The position numbers and the translations under genes were made by a program. From the NCBI RefSeq assembly GCF_963921235.1, contig NC_086097.1:75518001-75582000 (forward strand): a stretch of DNA of 64,000 nt, in the 5' to 3' direction. Position 1 is the stretch's first letter. Every line of letters begins with the position of its first letter. Below, in pieces: positions 12,165 through 23,734 of this stretch. Source of the DNA: Mobula hypostoma. Its lineage: Eukaryota. The notes below the pieces were generated by a model, which saw only the letters and a program-made list of their open reading frames with translations, was not told the origin of the DNA and did no database searches.

Positions 12165-13758
12165 CAAACCCCATTTCCAGAAAAGTTGGGTATTTTCCAA
12201 AATGCAATAAAAACAAAAAAATCTGTGATATGTTAATTCACATGAACCTTTATTTAACTGACGGAAGTACAAAGAAAAGATTTTCAATAGTTTTACTGAC
12301 CAACTTAATTGTATTTCGTAAATATACACAAATTTAGAACTTGATTGGTGCAACACACTCAACAAAAGTTGGGACAGAGTTAAAATAAGATTGAAAAGTG
12401 CACAGGATATTCAAGTAACACCGGTTTGGAAGACTCCACATTAAGCAGGCTAATTGGTAGCAGATGAGGTATCATGACTGGGTATAAAAGTAGCGTCCAT
12501 CAAAGGCTCAGTCTTTGCAATCAAGGATGGGTCGTGGCTCACCCTTTTGTGTCAAAATTCGTGAGAGAATTGTTAGTTCAAAAGGAACATTTCTCAGTGC
12601 AAGATTGCAGAGAATTTGTCTTTCAACATCTACAGTACATAATATTGTGAAAAGATTCAGAATTCAAAGACATCTCAGTGCGTAAAGGGCAAGGTCGGAA
12701 ACCACTGTTGAATACATGTGATCTTCAAGCCCTCAGGCGGCACTGCCTAAGAAACCGTCATGTTACTGTGACAATTATAGCCACCTGGGCTCGGGAGTAC
12801 TTCGGAAAACCATTGTCACTCAACACAGTCCGTCGCTGCATCCAGAAATGCAACTTGAAACTGTATTACGCAAGGAGGAAGCCATACATCAACTCTATGC
12901 AGAAACGCTGGCGAGTTCTCTGGGCCCGAGCTCATCTCAGATGGACCGAAAGACTGTGGAATCGTGTGCTGTGGTCAGATGAGTCCACATTTCAACTAGT
13001 TTTTGCAAAAAATGGGCGTCGAGTTCTCCGTGCCAAAGATGAAAACGACCATCCAGATTGTTATCAGCAAAAGGTGCAAAGGCCAGCATCTGTGATGGTA
13101 TGGGGGTGCATCAGTGCCCACGGCATGGGTGAGTTGCATGTATGTGAAGGTACCATTGACTCTGAGGCATATATTAAGATATTAGAGGGACATATGTTGC
13201 CATCAAGGCGATGTCTCTTCCCAGGACGTCCATGCTTATTTCAGCAGGACAATGCCAGACCACATTCTGTACGGGCTACAACAGCGTGGCTTTGTAGACA
13301 CAGAGTGTGTGTGCTTGACTGGCCTGCTGCCAGTCCAGATCTATCTCCTATTGAAAATGTATGGCGCATCATGAAGAGGAGAATCAGACAATGGAGACCA
13401 CGGACTGTTGAGCAGCTGAAGTCTTATATCAAGCGAGAATGGACAAAATTTCCAATTTCAAATCTACTACAATTAGTATCCTCAGTTCCAAAACGATTAA
13501 AAAGTGTTATTAAAAGGAAAGGTGATGTAACACGATGGTAAACATGCCTCTGTCCCAACTTTTGTTGAGTGTGTTGCAGCCATCAAATTCTAAATTTGTG
13601 TATGTTTACAAAATACAATTAAGTTGCTCAGTAAAACTACTGAAAATCTTTTCTTTGTACTTTTGTCAGTTAAATAAAGGTTCACGTGAATTAACATATC
13701 ACAGATTTTTGTTATTGCATTTTGGAAAATATCCCAACTTTTCTGGAAATGGGGTTTG
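12165..13758 (+). mobile_element. Tc1/mariner DNA transposon, IR/DR type, full length (1594 bp)
   Basis: TA TSD at 12163-12164 and 13759-13760. About 210-bp TIRs at 12165-12379 and 13548-13758, with aaaagttggg repeated at the outer and inner ends. Confidence 0.97.
12527..13541 (+). pseudogene. Tc1 transposase (DD34E), N-terminal frameshifts, 287-aa open C-terminal part
   Basis: ATG at 12527 (MGRGSPFCVKIRERIV), then small deletions. ORF 12678-13541 has WSDES, QQDNA and SPDLSPIEN, with 34 residues between D and E. TATA-like ggtataaaag at 12481. Confidence 0.93.
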
Positions 13759-15342
13759 TATGATCTGCAACTTCCTCTGTATACATCTGGTCCAGTTCTT
13801 GTAGCTATCCTACTGGGTGTCCACTTGTCGTCTTGGATATCACGCGCTAGGACATCCTTTACAACCTTGAAGTTCCTTGCTGATTCACTTGGCAACTGGC
13901 TGAACTGTTCATTCTGTACTTCCCTCTGTAGATCAGGTTTCAGGAGGTCTATGCTATGCGATAACTCAGATTCCTGCTCATGAACAGCATTGCAGGTGTT
14001 TGATACGTCATCACATGAACACAGTTTTGATACACTAAAAAGAAATTGTCTACCTTGTGCTGTAGGGAAATGTCCTTCTTGTCTATCACTGTCTTGGACT
14101 CCTTGAAGGTTTGGATAAACCTTTCAGCTAACCCATTCATTGCTGGGTGGTGAGAAGCAGCTGACTTGAACAGCCATGAACTCCTCTGACGTGTATTGAC
14201 GTGTATTGTGGTCCGTGTTCACTCACAATTTGTTCTGGTGAGCCATTTTTGGTGACGATAGCCCTTAGGGTGGAGACAGTCCTCGCTGAGGTGGTTGATT
14301 TCATTGGTTTGACCTCCAGCCACTTTGAATCCTCAGCAACTGGAGTCCATGAATGGCCCAGCAAAGTCAATACATACTCTTTGCCATAGTGATAGCAGCC
14401 ACTCCCACATGTGTAACAGTGCTTGTGGGGGTGTATTTTGAACTTTTTGGCATCACGAACAGATCTTGGCCAAGTTTTCAATCAGTTCGTCTATTCCCAG
14501 CCACCACATGTAGCTCCGGACAAGACTCTTCACCTTGAATGTACCCAGGTGTCTTTCATACAGATGCTCTCACACTCTGGTGCGCAGTTTAGAGAGAACC
14601 ACAACACGAGATGCGCTCATCAGTGTTCTTTGACATACCGATAGTTGGTCTCATCTAGCTGAGAACTCTGGAAACATGGGACTACCATGAGCTGGCTATC
14701 CTTGAACGATGATTTCATAGACTTTTGACAATGTTGGGCCATTCCTTGTTTCTCTCTGTATTTCGGAATTTGTTACCGGCAACTGGTCCAACAATATTGT
14801 GTGGGAAAACTTTTGATGGAAACTTCTCATCTTCACTTGCCAGCAGTGGAAGATGTGACAAACTATCAGTGTTGTTTGTGTTGTTTGCGATCCTGGAACT
14901 CTTATGTCATAAGAGTGGGCTCTCATTGGAACAGTGCCCAACTTTTTTTACTGGATAGCAGTTATCTCTGGAATTCCCTTCCTGGGATTGAAAATGGACA
15001 CAAGGGATTGATGATCTGACACTAGCGTAAACTTTTGTCTGCGCAGGTAGTGGTAGAACTTCTTTATTCCCCATACTAGACCAAGGGTATCTCGGCCGAT
15101 CTGTGCATAGTTGTATTCTGCACTCGTCAGAGATCCTGAAGAAAACACGACCAGATGCTCAGATCCATCTTCCAAATGACTCCAGTACCGAAAGGGGATG
15201 CATCGCACACCAGTCTGATAGGCAGCAATGGGTCGTAATGGGTGAGCAGTTCATCTGATGTTATCAGTCTTTTTGTTTCCTTGAATGCAGTTTCACATCT
15301 TTCTGACTTATTCCCACTTGGCTCCTGTCTGCAACAGTGCAT

Positions 15343-15639
15343 ATAGGCATCCATTAGTCTTGTGAGACCATGGATTTGTGCCTTGGAAGGTCTCTAGGGC
15401 GCAGGCCTGGGCAATGTTGTATGGAAGACCGGCAGTTGCCCATGCTCCAAGTCTCCCCTCTCCACATCATCAATGTTGTCCAAGGGAAGGGCACTAGGGC
15501 CGATACAGCTTGGCACCGGTGTTGTCACAGAGCAATGTGTGGTTAAGTGCCTTGCTCAAGGACACAACATGTTGCCTTAGCTGAGGCTCGAACTAGCGAC
15601 CTTCAGATCACTAGACCAACGCCTTAACCACTTGCCCAC
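15343..15639 (-). mobile_element. tRNA-derived SINE, family A (RTE-like 3' module)
   Basis: A/B boxes (gggcaagtggttaagg, agttcgagcc) and gtgtccttgagcaaggcacttaacc. 12-bp TSD gcaacagtgcat (15331-15342, 15640-15651). Confidence 0.9.
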
Positions 15640-17740
15640 GCAACAGTGCATTCAATGGGTACAGCACTGTAGCAATGTTTGAGAGAAACTGGTGGTAATA
15701 GTATACAAGCCCCAAGAGTGATCTGAGTTGTGACACATTTTCCGGTTTGGGTGCCTGTAGCATTACTTCAATTTTCTCTTGTGACTTAAGTAAGCTATGT
15801 TTGTCAATGACATGTCCACAATATGAGATTTCATTTTTGAAAACTCACATTTCTCTCTCTTTGCACATGGGCCATACTCACTTAGCCTGATAAGCACTTT
15901 ACCAAAGTTCTGGTGGTTCTCCTCATCATTCTTGCCAGTCACAATGATGCATCAAGGTGACATTGTGTTCCTGGGATACCTTGGAGCACTTGGTCCATTG
16001 TTCTTTGTCAAATTGCTGGAGCTGATGCAACACCAAAGATGAGACCATTATACTGGAACAGTCCCTTGTGAGTGTTGATTGTGAGGAACTTCCTGTTTGA
16101 CTCCTCAATCTCCATTTGCAGATAGGCTTGTGATAGGTCAATCTTTGAAAACCTCTCCCCGTCTGCCATAGATGTGAAAATGTCTTCTATTCACGGTAGG
16201 GGATACCACGCAATACACAGAACCGGGTTGAAGCCCACTTTGAAATCCCCATGGCGTGGCCCAATCACTTCACTCAATCTTGGAGAGAATTCTAGATGCC
16301 CCCAAGCTCTGAAGTTCAGCATCCACTTTAGGACATAATGTGTAAGGCACCAGACATGCTCTATGGAAACTTGGTGTTGCTGCTTCACATTCATTTCAAT
16401 TCTGGTCTTCATGCCTTTGAGTTTACCAACCCCCTTCTCAAACACATTCTCATTAGCATTAAACAGCTATGACAGTCTCTGGTTAGTGCTACTGTTTGGG
16501 CTGCCGTTGCCTGTTGATGACACATTGAGAGCTTCGACTGTGTGCCAGTCTAGTTGGATTTTTCTCAGTCATTCTTGTCTGAAAAGTGCTAGTCCTCCAT
16601 TTTTCAACACATAAAGCTCTATCTGCTGTATTTGGCCTCCATATGTCATAGGCCTCCTGTATCCAGCTCCATTTTCAGTTTTACACCAGACACATCTATT
16701 GTGATCCATATGATTTTGTGATCTCCTTCAGTAATACTACGCAGTTCTAGGCTTGACAACTCACCTTTGTCAGAACTGTGTTGTCTGTTCCACATTTGGT
16801 CATTTTATGCATTTGCTTAGTTTTATAGTTGTAACTTTTCACTTGGTGAGTTTTTTCTCTTTGGTTGTGCTTTTTATCTGACTTGCACAGAGCTTGTCTA
16901 TGACACTTTCTGCAAATTTTTTCTTTGAACCAATAGTCGTTTGCAACATGGGAAGATTTGCCACATCGATAACATTTTTGGCTTTATGTACCACTCAGGG
17001 ACATGTACATTTTGTACATTTCACAGTCTAAACTCTTTTTCTGTTGTTCTGCTGCAGTCTCTAACAATATTACAATGGTCAATGCCCATTCTAAGGTTAG
17101 GTCTCTTTTAGCCAGTAGCCTCTTTTGAGTGCTTTGACTATGCATGTCACATACAAGCCTGGCCCTTAGTGGATCAGAAAGTCCAACTCTAAAGTCACAG
17201 TACTGGGAAAGTTTGTGTATTCAGAAATGCTTTCATCCTTTGACTGGTTCCTTTTGTAAAATCTACATCTCTCAGCTATGATCAGCAGTTTGGGCTCAAG
17301 TGATTTTGTAAAATTGTAACAATTTCATTGAACATCTTTCTTGCTGGCTTTTCAGGGGTTCCTGGGTTGCGTAAGAGACTGTACGTTCTAACACTCATTA
17401 AGTTAAGAAGTGTGGGGGTTTTCTTTTCCTCATCCACATCATTCACCAAACAATACAGCATTCACCATTCAGCCCTCCTGATATACATCTTCCAAGTTTG
17501 TCAAATTCATCAACATTCCCAACTAAAATCATTGCCACATTGTTTTCACTTTAAATTTGCTAGATGCACGCCCTTCGCTGTGTACTATGTAGTTACTCAC
17601 ACATCCCTTTGTTAGCGTGTGTGATGGCCTACTCTGTACTGTAACTTTTTCCTCCTGCTGTTTTGTCCTATAATCATTCCATAACTGTTGGTGCATTTTG
17701 TAATATTTTCTGACTTTCAGGTTCATACTCGTTGCCCATT

Positions 17741-17905
17741 TGTGTCTTTGCAACTACATGTGAATTAAATAAAAGCATGCACATGGCAGATGGATTTGAC
17801 TGGTGTATTCACATTGCAGTGAGTGAGAGTGAAATGTGCATGCGTAGACAACAGTCTATATTTAGAGCTAAAGGGAGTAATTGCTCTAAAAGAAATAGAT
17901 CCATG
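17741..17905 (-). repeat. 5' LTR of Gypsy element 1 (outer end degraded)
   Basis: Direct repeat of 11584-11789, next to a PBS-like motif. Confidence 0.8.
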
Positions 17906-19339
17906 TATTTTAAACCCCATCTTTATAACCATGCCCTTGTCCCCAAATGCCAACACCTTCCAATCTTCAGTACTATCAACCCCACATGGTGCTGCTGACC
18001 TATTGGTCAAATGCAGCTGAGCATATCTGGTCCCCAATGTTACTGATTGCCATGTAAGGCCCATTTCTTCCATCAACCCACCCCCGTCCCCTGCTTCAAT
18101 TCTTCATTTGCAATTGAACTTTGTTTCAGCATAGCTCAAAGGGGTAATCTCCCCAGGGAAATGCTCAGGAATATCATCTAGGCTGGAGAATTCAAGGGCC
18201 TCCCCGTGAAATCTGCAAGTGAGAGATCCAGTGGTATCTGATACTTAAGATCTTTTCTGTATTTGCAACAGGTCTGTGTAACTTCAGGTCTCATTTGAGC
18301 CTGAATGGTTAAACTTTTGGATTATTGGTCTCAGCCAGGAGATTGAACTGAAATTTCAAGTCCTATGCCCTTTTAAAGTAGGAAGCCCATTGACAGAAAT
18401 GTTAATATTTTCATCACTTCACACCTGCTGTCTGACCAGCTCAATACTTCCACCATTCTGCTTTTATTGCAGCAATGGGATAATGGACATTTGTTTGTTT
18501 TCAGTACTCCTGCCCTGTTACTAAGATGAATTTTCAATTGGATTAACTTTGCTATACAAGATTTAATATCTAAATATCCATGCAATTTCAGGGATGGCCA
18601 CATGACGGCGCTAGAGATTCACCTTAAAAAGTAGGGCGCCTGGGTTAATTTTGATCTTCCTGGAACATCATACCCTCTGCAAGAATATAGAAGGAAACAT
18701 TAACAGGAACATATTTATAAATGTGTATCTTTCATTTTCTTTGAATGATTTTTACTTGCTTTTAAACAATTGTAAATGAGAATGGAGTTTACATAATTCT
18801 CACATAATTAAGTTGCTTATTTTCTGTCAGGGTCAGACTGCATTCTGGTAAAGTGTGCAGGAGGTGAACAAGATGGACATTTGGTGCACAAGGCCAACTC
18901 TTCCTGCCTTATGTTAAACCAGAGTTGTTGGTCCTTTATTTTTACCAAAGCTAATTGTGCAACATCATAAAGTTATTTTTGCTTCCAAAACCAACTTTTG
19001 GAAGTGGAGTGCCGTATGAGTATTCCATACGAGTGACTCAGGTTGAATTTCAATTCTATATCAGGGATCCAGTAAATTATCTGGTATTGGAGCCTCTAAA
19101 CCATGCTCCAGTACCAAGCTCTAAAGTATCTAGCCTTCACTTTTTCTTCCAGCCCAAATGTTGATTTCAATATGACCCCTGAATATAACGGGAAGCTTCC
19201 AGACTTTCTAAATAGTTCTACCCATAGTTCTGAATCGTTAAAATTGGCCCATGTTTATGCTATGTTTAAGCATCAATACACAGATATATTTGCTTTTGTA
19301 TGAAGACACCTATTAGTACACTATAACATGTAAAAATTC

Positions 19340-19876
19340 TGATTTGATGGAGACAGACATGAAAGCACAGAGGAAAATCTGGAGAAATTTCTGAAACGCC
19401 CGTTCGCTGCTGTTACTGCGCGATCAAAATCTTCTGGAGGGAAGGCCTCAAAATCCCCGGCTTTGCCTGCTGTTGGCGACTGAGATTGAGGTCAAATTGG
19501 TTGGATAGAGATGGTGCTCAGTACCTGGTGTCGGAGAGCTGATCGGAGGCTCCAAGTTTTCGGACGACTCAGAGTCGGACTGTGGTCGGGCATGGCAGGG
19601 AGAGTTCTTCTTCCTTCTCTCATCTGCGTGAGATATGGGACATTTGAGAGACTTTGAACTTTTTACTGTGCTCATGGATACATCTTCATCAAGTTATGGT
19701 ATTGTTGCACTGTTGTAACTATGTTATAATTATGTGGTTTTGTTAGTTTTTCAGTCTTGGTCTGTCCTGGTGTTTTGTGATATCACACCAGAGGAAATAT
19801 TGTATCATTTCTTAATGCATGCATTACTAAATGACAATAAAAGAGGACTGCGTGTCTTCATAATCTAAAATCTAAA
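19340..19876 (+). mobile_element. Unclassified non-coding retroposon with a Rex/L2-like tail
   Basis: GC/CpG-rich 5' half and T-rich 3' half, ending gaggaaatattgtatcatttc..atgacaataaa..taatctaaaatctaaa. Confidence 0.55.
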
Positions 19877-20439
19877 GAGAGCAACTCTCACAGTAACTCA
19901 GCTCAGCGGGTTTACACGTGTGTTTACATTCCACAGGAACACCTGTCTTGCAGCTATCCAAATTTAAGTTTGAGTCCAAGAATTATTTGTTGGATGAGTA
20001 AAGTTTACTCATCTGCAGTTTTTTAATGCTGTATTAAATTATATGTACATAGATATCTGTTAATCCTTGACTGATTTTGACCTAGTCTCTCCAGGTATTG
20101 GACATTTACATAAATACAATTATTCTTTGTCGTTTGACTATTTTATTACCATATAAATATCCTGCTTTTCACCTCAGACAAGGTAGCAACACTATTGATC
20201 ATGCTCCAATCTAAGTATCAAGCAATTTTAAAACTATTTATTGAATCATTCCCCAATAAGCACTATTATTCCCTTTGCATTCCCACTACTAATCCCCGGA
20301 GGCTACAGATACTGACATTGACAAATTGGTGACAGAAGGAAACTTAGGTATGTCGCAATGGCTTGAATATCATTTGTGGACAGAAAGCAACTTCTTCTGT
20401 TTGATTATTTCAATTCCTGGTAGACAAGTGGGTTTAGTT

Positions 20440-20725
20440 TCTGACTTAGTGTCACAGACCTGGCCTGTAGCTCTAGAGTCATGACTTCAAATGCCACCAT
20501 AAAATCAATCTGGAATTATTAAGCTACTATTAGTAAGTGTGGCCATGAAACCATCAAGTTGTCTATATAAGAAAGAAACCTGCTATTCTTGCCCTGAGTT
20601 TTCTACACATGGAAAGAGCTGCCCTTTAACAAGGCCCAGTAATCACCTAGTTGAACGGTTAATTTCAGATGGACAAAAAATATTAGCCTTGACAACACAT
20701 CTATGTCCTATGATTGAATAAATAA
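20440..20725 (+). mobile_element. Old SINE relic with a CR1-group tail
   Basis: B-box-like gacttcaaatgccacc; tail gatggacaaaaaatattagccttgac resembles the LINE tail at 2110-2150. Confidence 0.45.
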
Positions 20726-21239
20726 AGCATAAATCAAACTGACATCTTTGGAGATTCATTACAAATCATCACCAGACAATAAAGGTGCACTCTTCCTTAA
20801 ACAAGTAATGTCTAAGATATCAGAAATCTGAAAGAAGTACCAAAAAATGCTTCAAATACTCAACAGTGTAAACAGCATCTATGGATAGGGCAACAAAGTG
20901 GAAGTTTTTCTCAGAGATGCTCCTTGACCTGGGCATTTAGAGATTGTTATGTTTCTATTGAAAGTCTCATGCTCCTGAGAACTCAAATATTAATGATGAA
21001 GCAACTGCTAAAATGTAGGGGGTAAAGAGACATTAGGAAGGAAGCAGAGAGATTGGATGAAGTGGGGGGAAGAACTGTCATTGTAGGAAGAGTGACAGAG
21101 ATTAAAAGGGTTGATAGAGCTAGTCAAAAGGAGGTGACTATGCAATAATAAGGGCACAAAGATGAGTTTAATAAAGTTGCACGTGGTAAATGTAGAATCA
21201 CAGAAGTGCATGTTTTGTTCAGAAGAGTGTAATGTCCTA

Positions 21240-22470
21240 ATTAAAGTTCAAAGTAAATTTGTTATCAAAGTACATATACCATATACTACCCTTTTCCAAG
21301 TCGTAGGGTTTGCAGTCTTTCATGCCTCGATAACCTGGAGAGCTATGTTGGCTGGAGTCAGAGCTTTATTCTTTGGCTCTTGGGGTCACCCTTGCCAAAC
21401 AGGTCAAAGGGTAGAGACCAGACTAAGAGTGGGCCACTGGTCCTCTAGGCTTGGGGGTTCAGTTTAAGGACTAACAACCCTAACTGGTCAAAAAACAATT
21501 GATTCAGAAACAGCAATGAAGAATCCTTCTATACAGACAGAGATGGGAGCCCATCATTGCTACTCTAAATGCCAGCAGTGTAATGGTCAGTAAGTAAATA
21601 ATATACTACCCTGAGATTTGTTTTCTTGCGGGCATTCACAGGAAATCTAATAACCATGATAGAATCAATAAAAGACTACACCCAACAGGGCAGGCAAACA
21701 ACCAATGTGCAAAAGACAATAAACTGTGCCATTTAAAAAATAATAATAATAAATAAATAAACAATAAATCTTGAGAACATGAGATGACAAATTCTTGAAT
21801 GTGAGTCCATAGGTTGTGGGAACAGTTGAATGATGGGACAAGTGAAGCTGAGGAAAGTTATCCCCACTGGTTCAAGTGCCTAATGTTTGAGAGGCAATAA
21901 CTGTTCCAGGACCTAGTCCTAAGGCTCCAATGCCGCCTTCTTGATGGCAACAGGGAGAAGAGAGTATGACCTGGGTGGTGAGGATCCCTGATGATGGATG
22001 CTGCTTTCCTGTGATAGCGGTCCATGTCCACTACTTGTAAGATTTTCCATTCAAGGGCATTGGTGTTTTTGTACCAGGCTGTGATGCAGCCAGTCAATAT
22101 ACTGTCCACCACACATCTATAAGGAAGTAGAGGCGTTGTCATGCTTTCGTCGCTGGGCCCAGGACAGGTGAAATGATGACATTGAATTGCTCAAAGTTGC
22201 TGACCTTCTCCATCTTTGATCCCCTGATCAGAACTGGCTCGTGGACATTGGTTTCCTCCTCCTGAAGTCTTGCTGACATTGAGTGAGTGGTAGTTGTTGC
22301 AGCACCATTCAGCCAGTGTGAGAGGAAAGAACCATTGGCTACAGGAAGGGAAATGGCCACAGGGAGATCCCCAGGCCAGTCTTGATTGGGGGTCAGCAGC
22401 TTTAAGTTCCTCGGTGTTATCACTTCACCTGTCCTGGGCCCAACATGCAAGAGCTATTGCAAAGAAAGCC
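21240..22470 (-). mobile_element. Rex1/Babar LINE 3' end (with a nested insertion and a short inverted segment)
   Basis: Minus ORF YRCVVDSILTGCITAWY..KAASIIRDPHHPGHTLFSLLPSRRR. Tail gttcaaagtaaatttgttatcaaagtacat. Confidence 0.85.
21293..21600 (+). mobile_element. Short bipartite RTE-derived non-autonomous retroposon (308 bp)
   Basis: 12-bp TSD atatactaccct (21281-21292, 21601-21612). RTE-5'UTR-like ggtcaaagggtagagaccagactaagag..ctaacaaccc joined to a (taag)n tail. Confidence 0.7.
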
Positions 22471-22679
22471 AAAGTGAGCAAATGCGATTCATGTAGGCAA
22501 ATGAGTAGCTGGGATTGATGTCGGCAAGTTCAGGACTGGACGTGAGGGGATCAGGTCAGTAACCAGAGGACAGGCCAGACTCTTCTGATGTTCAAATATC
22601 TGTCAGTCTCCACGATGAGTAAACTCAGTCACTCCCTTCGCACAGCTCTCAGGAGCAGAGGATGTCACAATCACAACCT

Positions 22680-23140
22680 TCTAAGGGAGGACATTTCTGC
22701 CCGTCTCCATCTTAATCTGAAACTCTGACTTATATTTTTAGAATCCTCCAGTAGGGGATGCATCCTTTTATAAATCGGCTAAACTACATGGCGGACCAAC
22801 TTGCACAAACCTTCTTTATGAGTCAGCTCTTCCTCCTGGGATCAACCCAATCAATTTGCTCTGCATTTTCTTCCATGAACGTAGATCCTGTCTAACAATG
22901 AAGAATAAATCTCCATGTAGTATTGTACCTGCTGTCTCACCAGCACTCGCTAAAGTTATATCAAACCTTCCCTACTTTTACATTAAATATCTATTGCAGT
23001 AAAGGCTGACGTCTTTAACTTTCCTAATTACTTGCTGTACCAGCAAGCTAACCATGTATGTTCCACATACTCAGACTCCCGGATCCTACTGCAGTGCAAC
23101 AATCTGCTGTCTCACTCCATTAAGATAACAATTTGCCTTA
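22680..23140 (-). mobile_element. Old CR1 3' relic
   Basis: Degenerate match to CR1 ORF2 3' sequence (ctaattacttgctgtacc, gtctcaccagcact). Confidence 0.55.
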
Positions 23141-23734
23141 TCATTTCAAGAGTGAGGTGACAGATAATGTGTTTGGCACTTGAGTGGGCACAGGAGGAAC
23201 ATCTTTGAAAACAGTATTTCTTTTTAAGGAGTTAGTTAAACAGCTTGTAGAGCGGAACTTTGGAAAGGTTTATTTTGATTACAGGACACTACTGGACCCT
23301 ATGGTTATGTCGCAATTGATTTTGGTTAAATATGGATGTATGATAAGTGTTTAAAAATTCAGAGGGATGCTTTAACAGCCTGCTTTCCAGACTTGCTAAT
23401 TAAGCTGTTTGTCACAAGTCTACATTAACAGGATATAGTTTAAGGTAGCCTAAATCCAATGTCTGCCCTGCTTATTTTAATGTGTATCATTAAAGGAAAT
23501 ATTTTTAGGAAGCTTAGATTGCTTTTGTTAATTGAAGGTAACTGTTGTGTTTCGTAACTCCGGAAATTAATTGAGCCAGGATAATGGTCTACTTAGTTTT
23601 CTTTTCCTTTTTTTAGTGAGGAGCACAAATCTGACGTGGCAGCATTATGACATTTGCCATCCACGTACTTCTTATATATAACTCATCATGAAGGACTGTA
23701 TGTAAGCAAACAAAGAATGCTTAATCAAACAATA

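Larger units (their letters stand above)
11584..17910 (-). mobile_element. Gypsy/Ty3 LTR retrotransposon (decayed gag-pol), host of a Tc1 and a SINE insertion
   Basis: Homologous LTRs at 11584-11789 (TG..CA) and about 17741-17905. PPT complement cttcatcccccttt 11790-11803; PBS-like tgggcaacgag near 17730. Minus strand carries a gag zinc knuckle CYRCGKSSH, RNase H LLTHYDPLLPIRLVCDASPFG and integrase NGLAERFIQTFK. Confidence 0.9.
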
